Position numbers and translations under genes: made by a program. Positions 46,670 to 61,860 of a stretch of DNA of 64,000 bases are shown one piece after another. Source of the DNA: Dipteris shenzhenensis (lineage: Eukaryota); NCBI GenBank assembly GCA_047967505.1, contig CM106538.1, one strand, 5' to 3'. Position 1 is the stretch's first letter, and each line of letters opens with the position of its first letter. Below the pieces are notes generated by a model, which was given only the letters and a program-made list of their open reading frames with translations, searched no databases and was not told the DNA's origin.

Positions 46670-48364
46670 TTTTCTAATATCTTAAAAATATAAATTTATG
46701 ATATATGATTTATTATATTAGAAATAAAATAGTATTGCAAGCTCAAGATATAATTTTATGATATACCATTCATTCATACTGCAAAGATAAAGATATAATT
46801 TTAAAGTCTTTTTAAATTAAATATCTTATTTCTAAAGAAAAATATAAATATATAGTTTACTTATAAAAAATTAATATTATTAATATATACAAGTTTAAAG
46901 AACATAAAGATATACTTTTTTAATTTATTATATAAAGAAAATTAAATTTTATTTTAAAACATAGAGATTATATAATATCATAATATATAATTTATTGTAT
47001 TAGAAATAATATAATATTATTTACTTTTATTATAAATAGTAAAGATATAACTTATCAAATAATACTATATTTTACTTATTCTATTAAAAATAATAAAGTT
47101 TTAATTATTAATAATTAATAATCTCATTTTAAAATGAGATTATTTATAAATAATCTTATTTTTAAAAGAAAAATATATCCATGGCCTCAATTTCTTTTAT
47201 TCACTCCATTCCATGGCCTCCTCTCTCCTCTCTCCTATTCTCCTTTTGTGTTCTCCCTCCTACCTATTCTCTTTCCTTCCCTCCATTCCATTACCTCTTC
47301 TCTACTCCTTTCCTTCATTCGTCCATTCAATTCTCCCTCTCACCTCCCTCTATTTCCTTCTCTCCATTCCATCGCCTCCTCTCTCCACTCATCTTCCCTT
47401 GTCCCATTATGTTCTCTCTCCTACCTCTCTCTCCTTCTTTCCCTCCTCCCTCTTCCCTTCTTTCCCTCCTCTCTCTTCCCTTTCCCCTCACCTACATCTC
47501 CCCATGCCTACCTCTCCCTACCTTAAGGCTCCCTAACTCCAATGGCCGTAGCTGTGAAACTATCTCCCTACTTCTCGTACCTCCTATGTCTTACAATTGC
47601 GACCATCTGAATCTCTCCCTACCTCTATCTATCTCTCTTCCTATCTCTCTCCCTATTGCTTGTGGCCATGGCCTTGCAATGACGATTGTCTCCCTAGCTC
47701 TCTCCCCATCTCTCCTACCTCTCCCATTTCCCATCACCTACCTCTCTGCCTTTCTCTCTCATACCACTCTCCCTACCTCACTCCCTATCTCTCTCCTACC
47801 TCTCTCCCTACCTATTGTGATTATGGTCATGCGACTATCTTCCTACCTCTATCCCTATCTCTCCCACCTCTCCCCTTTCCCCTTATCGACCTCTCTCCCT
47901 ACTTGTCATAGCTTCATCCACATAACTGTCTCCTTGTGACTATCTCCCTCGCTCTCCCCACTCTCTCCCCTTTCCCCTCTCCTACCTCTCAGGCCGTAGT
48001 TGCAACCACATGATTGTCTCCCTACCTCTCATGGTCTCCCTATCTCTCCCTACCTCTCTCATACCTCACACTCTCTCCTCTCTCTCTTGATTGTGGCAAC
48101 AATTTCCATCTCTCTCTTTCTCCATCTCCCTCTACTTTCTCCCTATCTCTCTCCCTCCTATGGTGGTGGCCGCCCTCTCCCTCCTCTCTCCCTACCTCTC
48201 TTCCTCCTCTTTCCTCACGGCCTAACGTTTCAGACACATTTATGCTTCCCTAGCCTTGTATTGCAACAAGACCCTTTCCCTTGTCATATGTCTCTCCCTC
48301 CTCTCTGCTACCTCTCCCTCCTCTTGCCAATACTTCTCTCTTCCCTCCTCTCTCCTCCACCCCC

Positions 48365-48399
<35 letters not shown>

Positions 48400-49330
48400 A
48401 AGATGCTACAATATCATAGTCATTTCTTACACCTGGCAATGGATGGGTTCATCATACGGCTAACCTACATGGATACCCCCCTTCCATAGGGCATACAAGT
48501 GGCCATCAGATAGCTATGGACTTCATTACACTAACTACTATAGGTAGAGAGTGGTAAATGGACACCTGTGGATGCAGAGCAGTGGATATATCAACTTTGT
48601 GGAGAGATCATGAGATAGAGGAGCATTACATATGCAAATGCACCATTTACTACAATATCCGAGGGAGATATCATTGCTTCTTCAGATTGGGTTTTGGGCC
48701 TTTGCATCAAGTTATGGAGTTTGAGGGCCAGAGATGTCTTGGTCTATTCCAACTAGAGATTCAACATTGCCGATTGGCCATCTTGAAGGAATAATGAATG
48801 AAGGGGAGGAGCATCATATAGGAAAATTATGTTTAGCATTTTCTCTCTCCTCTCTGCTTTTCTCTCTCCCTCCTTCCTGCTCTCCCCTTTCCTCCTTGCC
48901 TCTTTTTTTGCAGCTAGGGGTAGCTGTCCTATTGGTTCTCTTTGCTCCCTCTTTTCTTCCTCCTTTCTCTTCTCTCCTCTTCCCTTCCCTCTCTCCTCTC
49001 TCCTCTTCCCTTCTCTCCTCTCTCTGCCTCCAACATCCTCTCCACTTCCCTCCTTCTCAGCATGGCCTTAGCCTCCCTCCCTCCCTTCTCTCCCTCTCCT
49101 CCCCACCCTCCCCCTCCGTCCTCTCTTTTCTCCCCTTTCTTCCCTCCTCATTATTATTTCCTTGCTCCCCAACCCAGCATGCCACATCTCTTTCTTCCAC
49201 CTTTTCCCCTCTTCTCTCCTCCATTACTCCTTTTTCCTTACACTAAAAGAAGAACATGATCCTCGTCTCTTTCTTCCACTTCCTCTTCTCTCCTCCTCTA
49301 CTCTTTTTCCCTTACACTGAAAAAAAGAAC
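46670..49330. repeat. Low-complexity block: AT-only tract followed by CT-rich tracts
   Basis: 46670-47175 is almost entirely A/T; 47180-48400 and 48840-49320 are polypyrimidine. Confidence 0.85.
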
Positions 49331-49659
49331 ATGGGACCTCATCCATGATCTATTTTTTTCTTTTTAAAGTGACGGTTTATTAAGGGAGGTCATTGAGCTA
49401 AGTACAAAAGTTTTATTTTGGTTAACTAAAGAATAAAAAACAAAATATCCTTCCTTCCCCTTCCACAATTGAAAAAAAGCAAATAAAGGAACTTCAAAAT
49501 AAACAATACTTGCACCATACCTCAAAAAGTTCTTTGTAGCTTAGGTTAGGGTTTAAATAATGGAGATTAAGGCTAGAGGCTCTAGATGAGGTTTAGGAAA
49601 AATGGAGCTTAGGACTTGAGTGTAGGAATAATGGAGCTTAGGGTTAGGGTTTAGGAAAT

Positions 49660-50570
49660 CCCATCATACATGCTTAAAATGCAAAAAATGTGCAAGAAAA
49701 ATAGTGTGCAATTATTATGAAACTTTGTTCGAGTATAAGGGCCTTAATTGTTCAAATATCCTTGCAAAGTTTCATGACCATCAGACATATATATGTATGA
49801 TATGAGCATACCAATACACAAGTTTTTGAAAGTACACTTCGTCAGACCCACCATATCAGCAATGTTTGATCCTTAAGAATATTTGCATGTATAATGTTAT
49901 TACTCATTGAAAATCCTTTGAAAATTTTGTGATCATCATCAACATACATGTATGGTGTAAGCATACCAATGCACAATTCTTTGGCACTAAGGCACCATAC
50001 ATGCTTAAAATTGGAAGAATGTGCATATTGCACTATGCAAATGATGTCCAAATCTTATGAAACTTTGCAATTATAATGGCCATACTTTTTGAAAGATCCC
50101 TGCAAAGCTTCTTGACCATCAAACTCATAGAGGCATGGCATATGCATACTCATGCACAAGTTTTTGTAACTACATATGGTGCATGTTCAAAAATAAGAAG
50201 ATGTGCATGTCCCACCATAGAAATAATGTTGTATCCTTATGTAACTTTGCAAGTATAAGGTCTTAATCATTCAAAGGTGTTTGCATAATTTTGTGACCAT
50301 CGACAATATACACATATGGTATAAGCTAATTGATGAACAATTATTTCGTACTCATGTAGTGTGCATGTTTATAAGAACATGTGCATGTCACACCATACAC
50401 ATGATGTGATATCCTATAAAACTTTGGAAGTATAAGTGTCTTACTCATTGAAAGGTCTTTGCAAAGTTTCATGACCATCAGTAGCAGAAACATATGGTAT
50501 AATCATACCAATGCATATACTTATGCACTATGCATGTTTGAAAATGAGAAGATGTGCATGTCCCATGTTG
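49660..50570. repeat. Degenerate ~180-bp tandem repeat, about 5 units
   Basis: A TGCAAAGTTTCATGACCATC-like anchor recurs at 49763, 49919, 50101, 50282 and 50460. Confidence 0.7.
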
Positions 50571-53500
50571 ATGAGCTTCTTTGTTGACATGGTTGCATAA
50601 GTGTCTAGTAATCCTTTACTAGCCTCCACATCCATGCAGTCACCTCTTTTTCCTTAACCACTATTGCCTTTTGTGTGAGTTTTGGGTTGTATGTTTCAAC
50701 AAAGAAGTTCTAGTTTCTGGGTTCTATGGTCCACATCCTATCCACATCCTAGGTTCCAATAAGAGTAGTTTGGGCTTTGAGTTCCTCCATACGAGGTTGA
50801 GATTTGAGTATGAATTCTTGGTCCTAGTTTTTATTTTTGGTTTTTGAGGTTATGTGTTGTAGGTTCTGGCTCCAAGAGAGGTTTTAAGTTTAATCAAATG
50901 GGTATCATGTTTCCAATTTTGAGTTTAATCAAATGGGTAGGTTTCCAATTTTGAGGTAGAGAGTTGATTTTGCTAGTAGGCTTAGAGCTCTATGATATCT
51001 ATTAGTATGTCCAAATATATGGTGGATTTCAAAATGTATTCTTTTTTATAACATTAGTCAAACATTGTTTCCCTACAAAAATTGAAAGCATGAAAGATTT
51101 ATAAAGACTATCTAGCAGACTCTCAAATAAAGACAATGCACTTGATAATGGGAATCATATAAGAATGTTTGAGAGATTCCATGGAAATAGAGACCTTATA
51201 ACACCTATATGAAGCAAAAAAATCAACTTGAGCACAAGGTGAGTATCCAAAGTCTAGAGAACACAATAGTTTTTGGTTTGAAAACATAATCTAAAGAACA
51301 AAATGGTTCAAAGTCTAGATAAGAAAATGTTTCTTTTGGTTTTGAGAGAGTCTTATGAATTTAGCTACAAGAGAAAGGATTCTCCTTGTTCATGAGAATT
51401 AAATGCCCAAGACATCATGTCAAAGAGCTCACAATTCAAAGATACTTTGGAGGCCTTGTAAGTGCCTTTGGATGGATTCAGTTGCTTCAGAAAAATTCTT
51501 AAACATTTAGTTGTTGTACAAGGAGAAATTGGCTTAGCACAAGTACCTTAAATGAGGTGGGATTTTGTGAGCCATGAGTTTTCCAAGGACGATTGAGACT
51601 TGGTGTGCAAAAAGTTTCAAGGAATGGCATCTTTTGGGTTTATAGGACTATGATTTTCTTTTTCTTCCATTGCATTATCTATCATGCATGATATTACCAC
51701 CCTATTTCATTGCCATTGTGTATCCTTTTTATATTCCTATTGTATCAACATTATTGTAGGCTTCATGGAGTAGTAGACACCTGAGATTTGTGATACTTGC
51801 ACTTGCAAATGTGAACAACCATGGAAAAGTTGTAGTAGTTGGAGCATTTTATTGTATTTTTTCCAGGAGGGGGAATTCATACGTCGACTTTGGAAAATTT
51901 GGAAGAGGTAATATAAGTCTTTTGAAATAACATGTTTTTGTGTTTCTAGTTCACACTCAATATAATTACACAAACTCTTTATGTTTTCCATACTATCATT
52001 TCTTAAGACTCTTGCAATATTGAGATTTTTGAGGAACTCACCATGTTTGCATATATGTTCATGATTTCATAGTTCTATTTTGCTACTCAAGAGACACCCA
52101 TTTGTATAAAACAAATAAGGTACAAAATAGAATTATACAGTTTTAGATCTAGGTTCATCTCTCTACACTAAATATGTTCCTATTTAAGACTTAACACATG
52201 TCTATAGATGATGAATATATTAGCCTTTCTAGTGGGCATGTTGTGTAGTTAAGCCTTGTCATTGCTACTGTCGCAAAAAAGTTTGGTGGAAACATCTAGA
52301 AAGGGGGGCAGGGGAGTGATGTGAGGAATTTTAATTAGGGAAGGTCTGTCGACTCTTGAGGTGTTATAGGCACAAAAATGAGGGAGGAGGGGGAGAGCGA
52401 AGAGGGAGTAGGAGGAGAGGAGCACATGGGTAGGAGGGAGTAAGGGGTGTCGAGGTAGACATTTTTTATGATGTTGAAGGCATATTTTGTACATAGCTAG
52501 CTTTATTGACCCATACGATCCCCATAACTTTTGCACTAAACATAATTTGACCAATGTGGTATGTGAGCCATAGTACACATTCCAAACTTGAATAAAAGAC
52601 CCAAAACTTATGAAATCACCATCTTGAATTTGAGCCTACACATTCCAAACTTGAATAAGAGACCCAAAACTTATGTTATCACCATCTTGAATGAGATCAT
52701 TAAAACATTGCAAATGCTATTTTATAGGTGAAGCATTATCCTAGTTTGTATAGGATCATACATCAAAAACTTTTCCACACACTATGGTTTATGGGGTCTC
52801 CACTCTTGTGCTAGAAATGCACAATGACATTTGAGGGTATGTTTAAAAAGGTTTAAAAAGTAGGCTCCACACTTATGAAGCTACTACATGGTGGTCTTAA
52901 AACATTTGTGGTTTATAACCATCATGTTGTTCTTGTTGAATCAACATTCTTTGATATTCTTTGTTGAATGATTGCAATATCCTCTAGACTTGTATTCATT
53001 AGTGGGGCTAGATATTAGCGAGCCATGAGAGAACCAAAAGCAAAAAATCTTTCCCTTTCCCTCCCTTTTCCTAACTATCGAGTCTCAATAATGTGAGTAG
53101 TTGCCTGCCGTCTCTAGCTCTTCTTGCTAACTAGAGCAGAAGCTAGAGTGTTACACTTCTTGGATAGGGTAATATGGTTGCTTTGTGACCCCCAAATGCC
53201 TCGAGCATCCTTAAGGTGATCTTTTAGTTACTACAGGGTGGGGGCGATGAAGTCACTCCATGGATTCTAGTTCCTTCTACCAGATCTTGCTCAGGGAGTT
53301 GAAGAGAGATAGTCCATCAGGCTGTTTGCAAGACTAGCTCAATCCTCTTCCCCACGGATCTATCTGAGGTAGCCTTGGGGGAGCGACTGACTCCAACTAT
53401 CATCCACATATGATCCATAGTCAATCTATCCAACCACCCATTCTACCTCCCCTAAATTTGTGACAGTCCATCTTTGTCCTAGTAGAGTCTTTGGTGGCAT

Positions 53501-55079
53501 GTTCTGGTCCTCTTCACTAGGAATTTCACCGTAGAGTCTCTCATTGGCATGTTCTAGTCCTCTTCACAAATAATTTCACCACCTTAGGAATGTTATAGTT
53601 ATGGCCACCATTTAGTGGGACTTTGATTCGTTGGCTTCTGTGCCATCATGTCACCAACTTCCTTAACCTTCCTGCGCTAAGTAGGCATCAACCCACATAC
53701 ATGATCTCACGACTTTGCAGAGACATGTGTCTTTGGTAAACAGTTGCCTAGGCCTGGTCATTGTGACCACCTTTGTGAGGAGGCACCCCTTGACCCAAAG
53801 TTACCAAGCCATTTTTCCAAGTTCCTTATAGCGCATTGTCTCACACCCCTAGATATTCTCTATCTACCTACCTATGTTGGTTTTGGGTACAAGTACCCAC
53901 TTGTTGAAGGTTGTTCAAGCTTTTCTTGGGAGTGTGGCATGTTCAAGGTTCACGAGCATGGATGCACCATTAGTAAATTTTGCTAATGCCTTAAAGACAT
54001 AGCCTTAGGCTATAGAACACCTCTTTTTAAAAAAATGAAGAGTTGGATGACAAGAGAGAAAAGAACATTGAGTATTAGAGAGGAATATCAAAGGGATACA
54101 AGCCTGCATTACTCAATTTGAGAATTAGCCTTATGAGACTTAAGAAGATGACACACTCCTAGAGATAGCCTCCATACCCCAGAACACGTCACATCCTAGC
54201 ACAACCTCTTTTGAGTTCCTCTAGCTTACATTCCCCATATGGATTTATGCATGAAGCAAATAGGTTACCCAATCAATGAGTAGATGAATGAAAACACCTC
54301 TCCATGTAAGTTTTTATGAGGGGACTCTTTACAAAAACCTACATCCTCCACAAGCAAGACACACAATGCCTCATATGAAAAATGTTATGATGTGGTATGA
54401 TCTCTTAGGAAATTCTTATTCCCATGACAATTTAGTGCCCAATCCATTGAGCTCACAATCAAGCTATCATAGCTTGGCCATACAGATATATATGATATTT
54501 TTGGTTGCAAACGGACCTATGGGCATGGACATTGGACTGGTAAGAAAGTTGGACTTGGAAGCAATGGATGGTGGGGCCATAGAGCTAACCTTGGTTCTTG
54601 TAATGTGTGTCATATTCATTTTGAACAAAACTATCATATCTTGTTGTGCATTGTGAGCCCTATAGCCTTAGTAGCCCATAACCTCTAGTAGCTCCAAGGA
54701 GAACTAGTTGGATTTTGAGCAACAAATAGAGAGAGGATATCCTTGTGCCTGAAATTGTCTTTCTTAGTCATGTAGACTCCCCCAAGCCAAAAAACCACCA
54801 AGTAAACCCTGCTGTCGGATTGGTTTATGACTAGTTAGAGCTTTTATGAGTCTCCCAAGAAAAAAAAACAAGACTAGGTGCCTTTGGACTGCTTTATTGC
54901 TACTTGGTGCCATGATAGGTGAGTTTGTTATGAGAGCAATGTTGTTATTATGTTATGAGAGCACAAATCAGGTGACTACTTTTTTGAAATAAGAGAACTA
55001 TTAATTTGTAGTACCACCTCTAAGGGCTCCCTTGCTCTATATGTTGGCATAGGTTGAGCTCTTCCAATGATTGAAGAAA

Positions 55080-56150
55080 ACCTTCCAGAGATTAGGATTC
55101 AACAATGCTTGTTCGAGTGCTTGAAGCTTTATGTTGTTCAAAAAGATGAAGTATAGGTGCACATGTCACTCAATTTATTTCATGTAGATCTCTTTTCTCA
55201 AGGATGTAATGAATCAACTAAGGACCTAGAGCTTTGGTCTTCATGGAGCATGTTGAAGCTATGACTGTCAAATATGTGCAAATAGCAAAGGTGATTGTGG
55301 TTGCAAAGCTTTTCAATGTGCCTTGAAAATTTGTCTAGCATTGTTTTATGCTACATTACAAGTAGGATTGGAGCTTACCAGGCATTGAGGTTGGTCAAAT
55401 AGTGCAACCTCCCAATTTAAGGCTAGAAGACATTTCTATTTGGATTCTAGATTTGAGAAGCTTGAGGATTTGCAAATAACATGGAATTTATTTGGATCTA
55501 GGCATGGCAAGGATGAGCATGATGGAGCTGGGGCTATTTTGCAAAGAGCATTAACACATTAATCAATAAAGCAAAATGGAAACACCTTAAAGTGCAACAG
55601 ATGTCATGGATTTCTTGAGGACCAACTCATCTCATGGGGCTTAAGCTAGCTACACATCTATGGAAATAAATGTAGCAAGAGTGTTTTGGGAGGTCAAGGA
55701 AGGAGATGTTGATAGATCTATATAGTGGGATTGTCAACCTATGTCAAAACACACAAATCCATGCACTATGTAAGAGGAGGTACATAAGGGGCTAGCAATA
55801 AAATAGCAATGAAAAGGTTGTCATGCTACCGCAATGCTAATATCCAAAAGTCTTAGAGAAATTGCACCAATAGAAAGCATGTGTCCGATTGAGAATACCG
55901 CATCATTATTCCGAATGTAGATGATTTGACCAGCAATAGGAGCTCATTGATGAGGCTATGTATGCAAGACATCATGATGCACTTATTGATGCTTTTTTTG
56001 TGGAATACAACTTTGCAATGAATGTAGAGGTAGAAAATGAAGAGGGTGTAGAATTATATATGTTGAAGTGTACCAAAGCTAAAGAGAAGAGCCAAAAAGC
56101 TATGAAGGATAATTGGGCAACATAATCACAGCAAGCTTCTATGTTGTGAG
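55080..56150 (+). pseudogene. Decayed DDD-type DNA transposase, Sola(2)-like
   Basis: FV*HCFMLH, WSNSATSQFK, WNLFGSRHGKDEHDGAGA, RVFWEVKEGDVDRS, LSCY; many stops. Confidence 0.62.
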
Positions 56151-57984
56151 AGGTTTCTTCTATGTCCATCAAGGTGACAAACACTATGAGATTTTTTATG
56201 ATTTGCCTAATAAAATTTTTGAGCTTGAACCATCCATCACAAGATCATAGACTCTAAATTAGGAAGCCACAATTTGAAGAGCTATCTCAGGTTGTGGGAA
56301 AGTTGCAAGCTCCATATGTACACATTGAAACATCACTCTATCCAACACAAAAATGCCTCTACATCCTCTGGAACAAGAAGTGACTATGATTAGAGCTTTT
56401 CAAATACATTGAGTTGGCAGTCTCAATGACTTCTTAGCATGAATGATTCATTTACATGAGAGTGTAACACAAATTTCAATATAAACGTTATAGCCTCTTG
56501 TAGGCCCATGGCTTGTGATGGATGCCACACTTGCTTTTTGCTTTGTCGCAGGACTAGCAACCTTCTTATAGCATTATGTAGGTTTATGACCTTTTTTGCC
56601 ATGGTGTTAGGCATATGAGTATACTTGCATCCTCTTCATAGTGCTTCATGGAGTTGTACCTTGAGCACCTCTTCAACCATATCCCATACTCATCCCCTCT
56701 AGACCGGTGGTCTCTCGAGTGGGTCCAGTATCTCCAAAAACTTTGGCTGCATCTATGAGAGCATCAAAGGATGGGTCATCGACCTTTGTCTCTGTGTCAA
56801 CCATTGTTGACGGTCTTTTCTTTCACACCAGGTTTAACTATAATCCTTGTTTCCCAACTCAATGCAAGTGAGTGTTTAGATCAACAAGAAGATACTCACT
56901 CTCGCAATCCTAAGGTTTCTTTATTGGCCTTCCTACTTTGCTAGGCATGCAAAAATAGATGCTAACAATGAAATACTAATAAACAGGGTTTGTGCTATGT
57001 GAGCAAACTTTTAGCTTTTTAAAAAGGTAAGAGGTTAAGTATATCCATATATACCATCATAAAGGAGGTGCAAGAGCATAAAGCCCTCACATTATGTCAT
57101 GTTATTAGCTAAATTGAGATTCAGAGCATGCATTTTTTACCTACATAGCAAAGCATTTCTGTTAAGATGTATCGTCTATGATGTACCTAGTCCTTTGAAA
57201 ATCATATGTTCCAATATGTTGTTCAGTATCTACTTCTAGTACTAATCTTTAGATATGATGTGATTGATGGTATAAATAGTTTAACCTTTGAGTGCTCAAT
57301 GTACTAGTGAATTTGTAAGCAAAGTTTAGAATTTGAAGACTTACTTTGTGCATCACTAGTGAACAAAGCTCTTAAGAGGTGCTATACATGGATTAAAATT
57401 TGACTGGATCAATTGATAGAATGAGCTCTCACTATCTATAATATAATTACATAAAGAAATCACAACCAATATTAACAATACACAATCTAGAAGCAAAGGC
57501 AAAGTTGAGAGCTTTGGAATCTTTCCAACAAGGTGGCTTAACATAGCAAAATGTTTTGTAGACGCTCATGGACCTATAAGTCAATGGTGGCTTAGTTTAG
57601 GGCAGTTTGTTTTCATAATATTAGGTTAACTCAATGGGTAGATTTTAAGGGCAATTTGTTTCATAGTACTAGGCTCATAGAGCTATAAGTCAATGGGTGG
57701 CTTTGTTTAGGGAAGTTTTTTTCATAGTACTAGGCTAACTACAAAATGTTGTGTGGCTTAGTGGTGGAATACTTAGAATACGTATAGCCATTGGGTACCT
57801 ATGTGGCATTGAGTTATTGAGTGTGAGGTGATATGCAACAAGGCAAGATTCCTTGGGGAAACAACATGAGGTCATTATGGTAAGCATTGACAAGGTGGCA
57901 ACTTATCTCATGAAGCTTGATTGGAAACTTCTTTTTTGCAAGGAAAATGATTTCTATATCATTTCATATCAACGTATTAAACTA

Positions 57985-58450
57985 CAAAAGTGAACCCACA
58001 ACTGAAAAACTGGAGGCTATTTCAAATGAATTGGAATTACAAAAAAGGAACCCAAAACTAAGAACTTAAAAGGGACCCAAAAACCCAAACAATTGATCCA
58101 AAACTGAAGCAAGTGAATGTAGAGCTTGGAATAAGTGATCTCAGGGCCTAAAATAAGTGCAAAAATCAAAGCAAGTGAACTTCAAACTCAAAACAAGTGC
58201 GGGACCCCAAAGAAGTGAATCCAAAATAAGTGAAACCAAAACTAGAACAAGTGAATCTGAAACCTAGAATAAGTAAATTTGAAACCTGGAATAAGTAAAT
58301 TTGAAACCTAGAACAAGAAAAATTAGAATCCAAAACCCAAAACAGTGTGGAACAGAAAATAAGGACTCTATGAATATATCTTAAACTTGGAACAAGGCAA
58401 AAGGTAGAATGTAGAATGAACTAGGATCCCAAAACTTGGAACCAGCATAA
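57985..58450. repeat. A-rich degenerate ~22-bp minisatellite
   Basis: AAACCTRGAATAAGTAAATTTG repeated near 58260-58315, with looser copies on both sides. Confidence 0.65.
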
Positions 58451-61400
58451 AATGAACCACTTAGTTAATTGGAAACATGGAGAATTCTCAAGTTGCCATA
58501 CACCCATAACAAAGCATCTTTCATTCAATAAGCCTTGACTTATCTTGCATGCCCTATAGAATATTTTAGCAATAGTTTATACTTGTTATGAATCCATAGC
58601 AAAGCCTTGTAGAAGTAATACTAACATAGTTTTATAACTTGTTATGAATCCATAGCAAAGCCTTATAGAAGCAGTACTAGCACCAAAAACTCATTTATCA
58701 TTCTTATCTAGTTACCAATGCCTTTACTTTTGATAAGAATCCAACACCGGGTAGGCAAGTTGCAACCCAAGTCTATATGGTCACACTTGATAATCTATAT
58801 TCACCTTACATTGTCAAAGAAAGGAATTCTAGATGCCTAATGGGAAGTAAGCTAATCAATGGCTAGCACATAAACCATAGGCTTAGACATGAATGAATTG
58901 GACTTTAGATTTATGATTTGATAGAAACAAGTGAAAAAAATACCTTGCCACTTCATGATAATATGGGTTTATGGGCCACATGCATGGTTTCGTGTGGATT
59001 CTACTCTACTTTATGCAATTTACTTTACACTCTAGTGGGAGGTAGTTGTAAGACCATGTTTAACTTTGACCTTTTACTTTTCTAGACATGTAGAGGCAAT
59101 CAATGTGTGCAAGATTTGGTGCATGCCAAGGTTGCCACAAGGCTCTAGAGAGGTCATGTAATGGCTACGTATATAAGCTTGCATTACATGTAGAATCTTG
59201 GCTAGTTTTGGTAAAATGTTGACAATCTACATCAATTTTTCATCTATCTCTTGCTAGTCTTTGTTAGTCATACATCCCCAACCTATTTGTGACCCCTTTT
59301 TCTTAGATATTTAGCCTTTTGCTTCACATACTCAAGTGCTCTTGACAATATTTATTGTTTGCAGTATCTATAATATGTGGCATGTTTTGATTCCTTTTTC
59401 TTTTTGTAGTCGCAATGGACTAAACACTTTCATAAGTTGTTGATAAACTATGCACACCTAGAGACACCTAGAGAAGAAGCATTGAAATGATTATAGACTA
59501 ATAAAAACAATAAGTTTTCACACCAATGATAACAACTCTCAAAACAATAAACCTCTTAGCTATATCATAAAGCCTATGTGCCTTTGATTTTTTATGATAG
59601 ATTAACGGATACACTTCAAGTTTTTTCTTGAGTTCGTCAAGAATGTGTACATAAATACTCTCGAGATTTATGGAAGGATTGACACCTATGAAATCTTCAT
59701 TGGTATGTTGTTTTGTGAAAGTCGAAAGTTCATCCGATATATGATTGTTGCATATGCTTCATCCTAATGGGGTATTGGAACTTTCTCTTCATCAAACATA
59801 CATCTAGTAGATTCATTATTAAATTGATTCTTTCATCCTATGACTCCCTTCCCATCCATTAATACCATAACCCTAAAAAATGCATTGAAATTTGATGTGT
59901 ATTCCATTGTTACATTAGAGGATGTTGATATGCTTTCTAATCTACTTTTCCACAAGAGCTTTGAACTGTTTAAAGTTAACTTCAACTTAAAGTCAATATT
60001 CTCCTTTCACAATAATGGTATATGAACTATTAAGTTTTTGAACCATGCAACCATCCTAGTTGAACACAAATTTTTTATTATTTTCTATGCTTTGACCTAC
60101 TGAAAGAAGAGGATGGTGAGATGCATGTGAGGGAGTTTTGTCCTAAATGAATAATAAGTGGGAGTACTAGAGACACACATAAGCTATTGCATTCCATTCC
60201 AACACTCAAGGGTGAATCAAGAAAGTGGTACGAATTATTATCCTTGCAATGAATTAAAAAAATATCAACACTTCGCATTAATTTTTGGGATGATTTTTTA
60301 TGCCCAAAATTTATATGGTTGAGGTTCTGTTTGATCAAGTTTACCAACTCCCACAAGAATTAAGAAAGGTATCTAGAGAGATTTTACAAAGCTTAAAATA
60401 TATATTCCAAGGCACAATAATTGACCATGGAAGTTTTGATAGAGATGTTCATCAAAGTACTACACTTTAATTTGCAAGTGCAAGTGAGAATTTCAAAGCC
60501 AGAGGACAGCAATGCTACCTATGTTGATGTGCAATGCAATATACTTTTTTTTTTTTTGGGGTCACCCATAGTGACATCATCTTTTTTTTTTGTTTGGATG
60601 TCGTTTTGAAAACCCATCTCTTTGGTGAGACATATGACTATTTACAATTGAATCAAACCACCAAATATTTTCGTCAACTGATTGTAGTACTTTCCACGGT
60701 AGCATAATACCAAGAAATGAGAACATCCTACTAAACCTATTATATTAGAACTTATCTTGATTTTATTCATTTGCATAATATGTAGGTTGTCTATGGTATT
60801 GATTCTAATTTTAATTATGATCTAATTTTGATGTTGATTTATTTATAGTATCCATTTGCAAAATCTTTCTTTTACAATATGGTTCCTAAGGCCCTAAAAT
60901 TTCATAGTAGTTACAACTTCATTGTGTTGGTAACCTCCTCTACTGAAGTTACGTTTGCCTCTAAAATTCCATGTCACTCTTACTAGTAGAGTGTTGATGA
61001 TAATATTGTGAAGATCAGTAACTATGATAGTTTAAGACTTAGGTTTTAGGATTTAGGGTTTTTTCAATCATTATCATCATGTAAACTATGTGAAATTACT
61101 AACATAAGTTTAGATTTTGGAGCTTTGGACTTGCGGCTTCGGTTGTTATCTTAGTTTGGTCAGTTGTTTGTTCTTTTAATCATGCTCTTATTGAGGTTGC
61201 TATCCTATCGGGGTCAGATGCTCTTGCTAAACATCGTAAAATTTAATCATTATTTTTATTTTCTATCAAAAAACATTCTAGAAGTATTCCACATTTTGTG
61301 CGGGGTCATTTGGGTAATCCTTTGGTGCATGAGCGCAATTTGATTTCTCATTCGTGTTTGACATCCATGTTTGAGTCATGTGGGTTATAACACTTTCTAT

Positions 61401-61748
61401 ATAGGAATCCACCTTTGCACATGCATCAACCCATTTATGTCAAGTCAGGTGTGAAGTAATGTGTCCATCGGATGCATTTTGTATGGTCGATCATGCATTA
61501 AACCATGTTTTTCACCTAGTTTCATGCATAATCATCAAAAAACACAGTCGGAGGTGTGTTTTTCAAACTTGCACATACCCGATGGACATCCTCCTTTGCA
61601 TACCTCTCAATACCACCTATGTTGAGTCACGTGAAACGTTATCATGCCCATTGGATGTGGTATCCATGGACAATCATGCGTTAAACCATGTTTTTCACCT
61701 ATTAGGGTTAAGGTTTATCCCTAACCCTAACCCTACACTTTAGGTTAG

Positions 61749-61860
61749 GATTTGAACATATGCTCTTATGGTATGGTGCAATTTCACCCCCTCTTAAATT
61801 GCACGATTTGAACATATGCTCTTATGGTATGGTGCAATTTCACCCCCTCTTAAATTGCAC
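61749..61860. repeat. Perfect 56-bp tandem duplication containing a 9-bp-arm hairpin
   Basis: 61749-61804 is identical to 61805-61860; each unit has GTGCAATTT..AAATTGCAC. Confidence 0.9.

Noticed and set aside
47134-49259. Long Leu/Ser/Pro ORFs
   Set aside because: CT-rich sequence lacks stop codons in all frames; no domain signal.
49540-49657. Interstitial telomere
   Set aside because: Only scattered degenerate words, no sustained TTTAGGG array.
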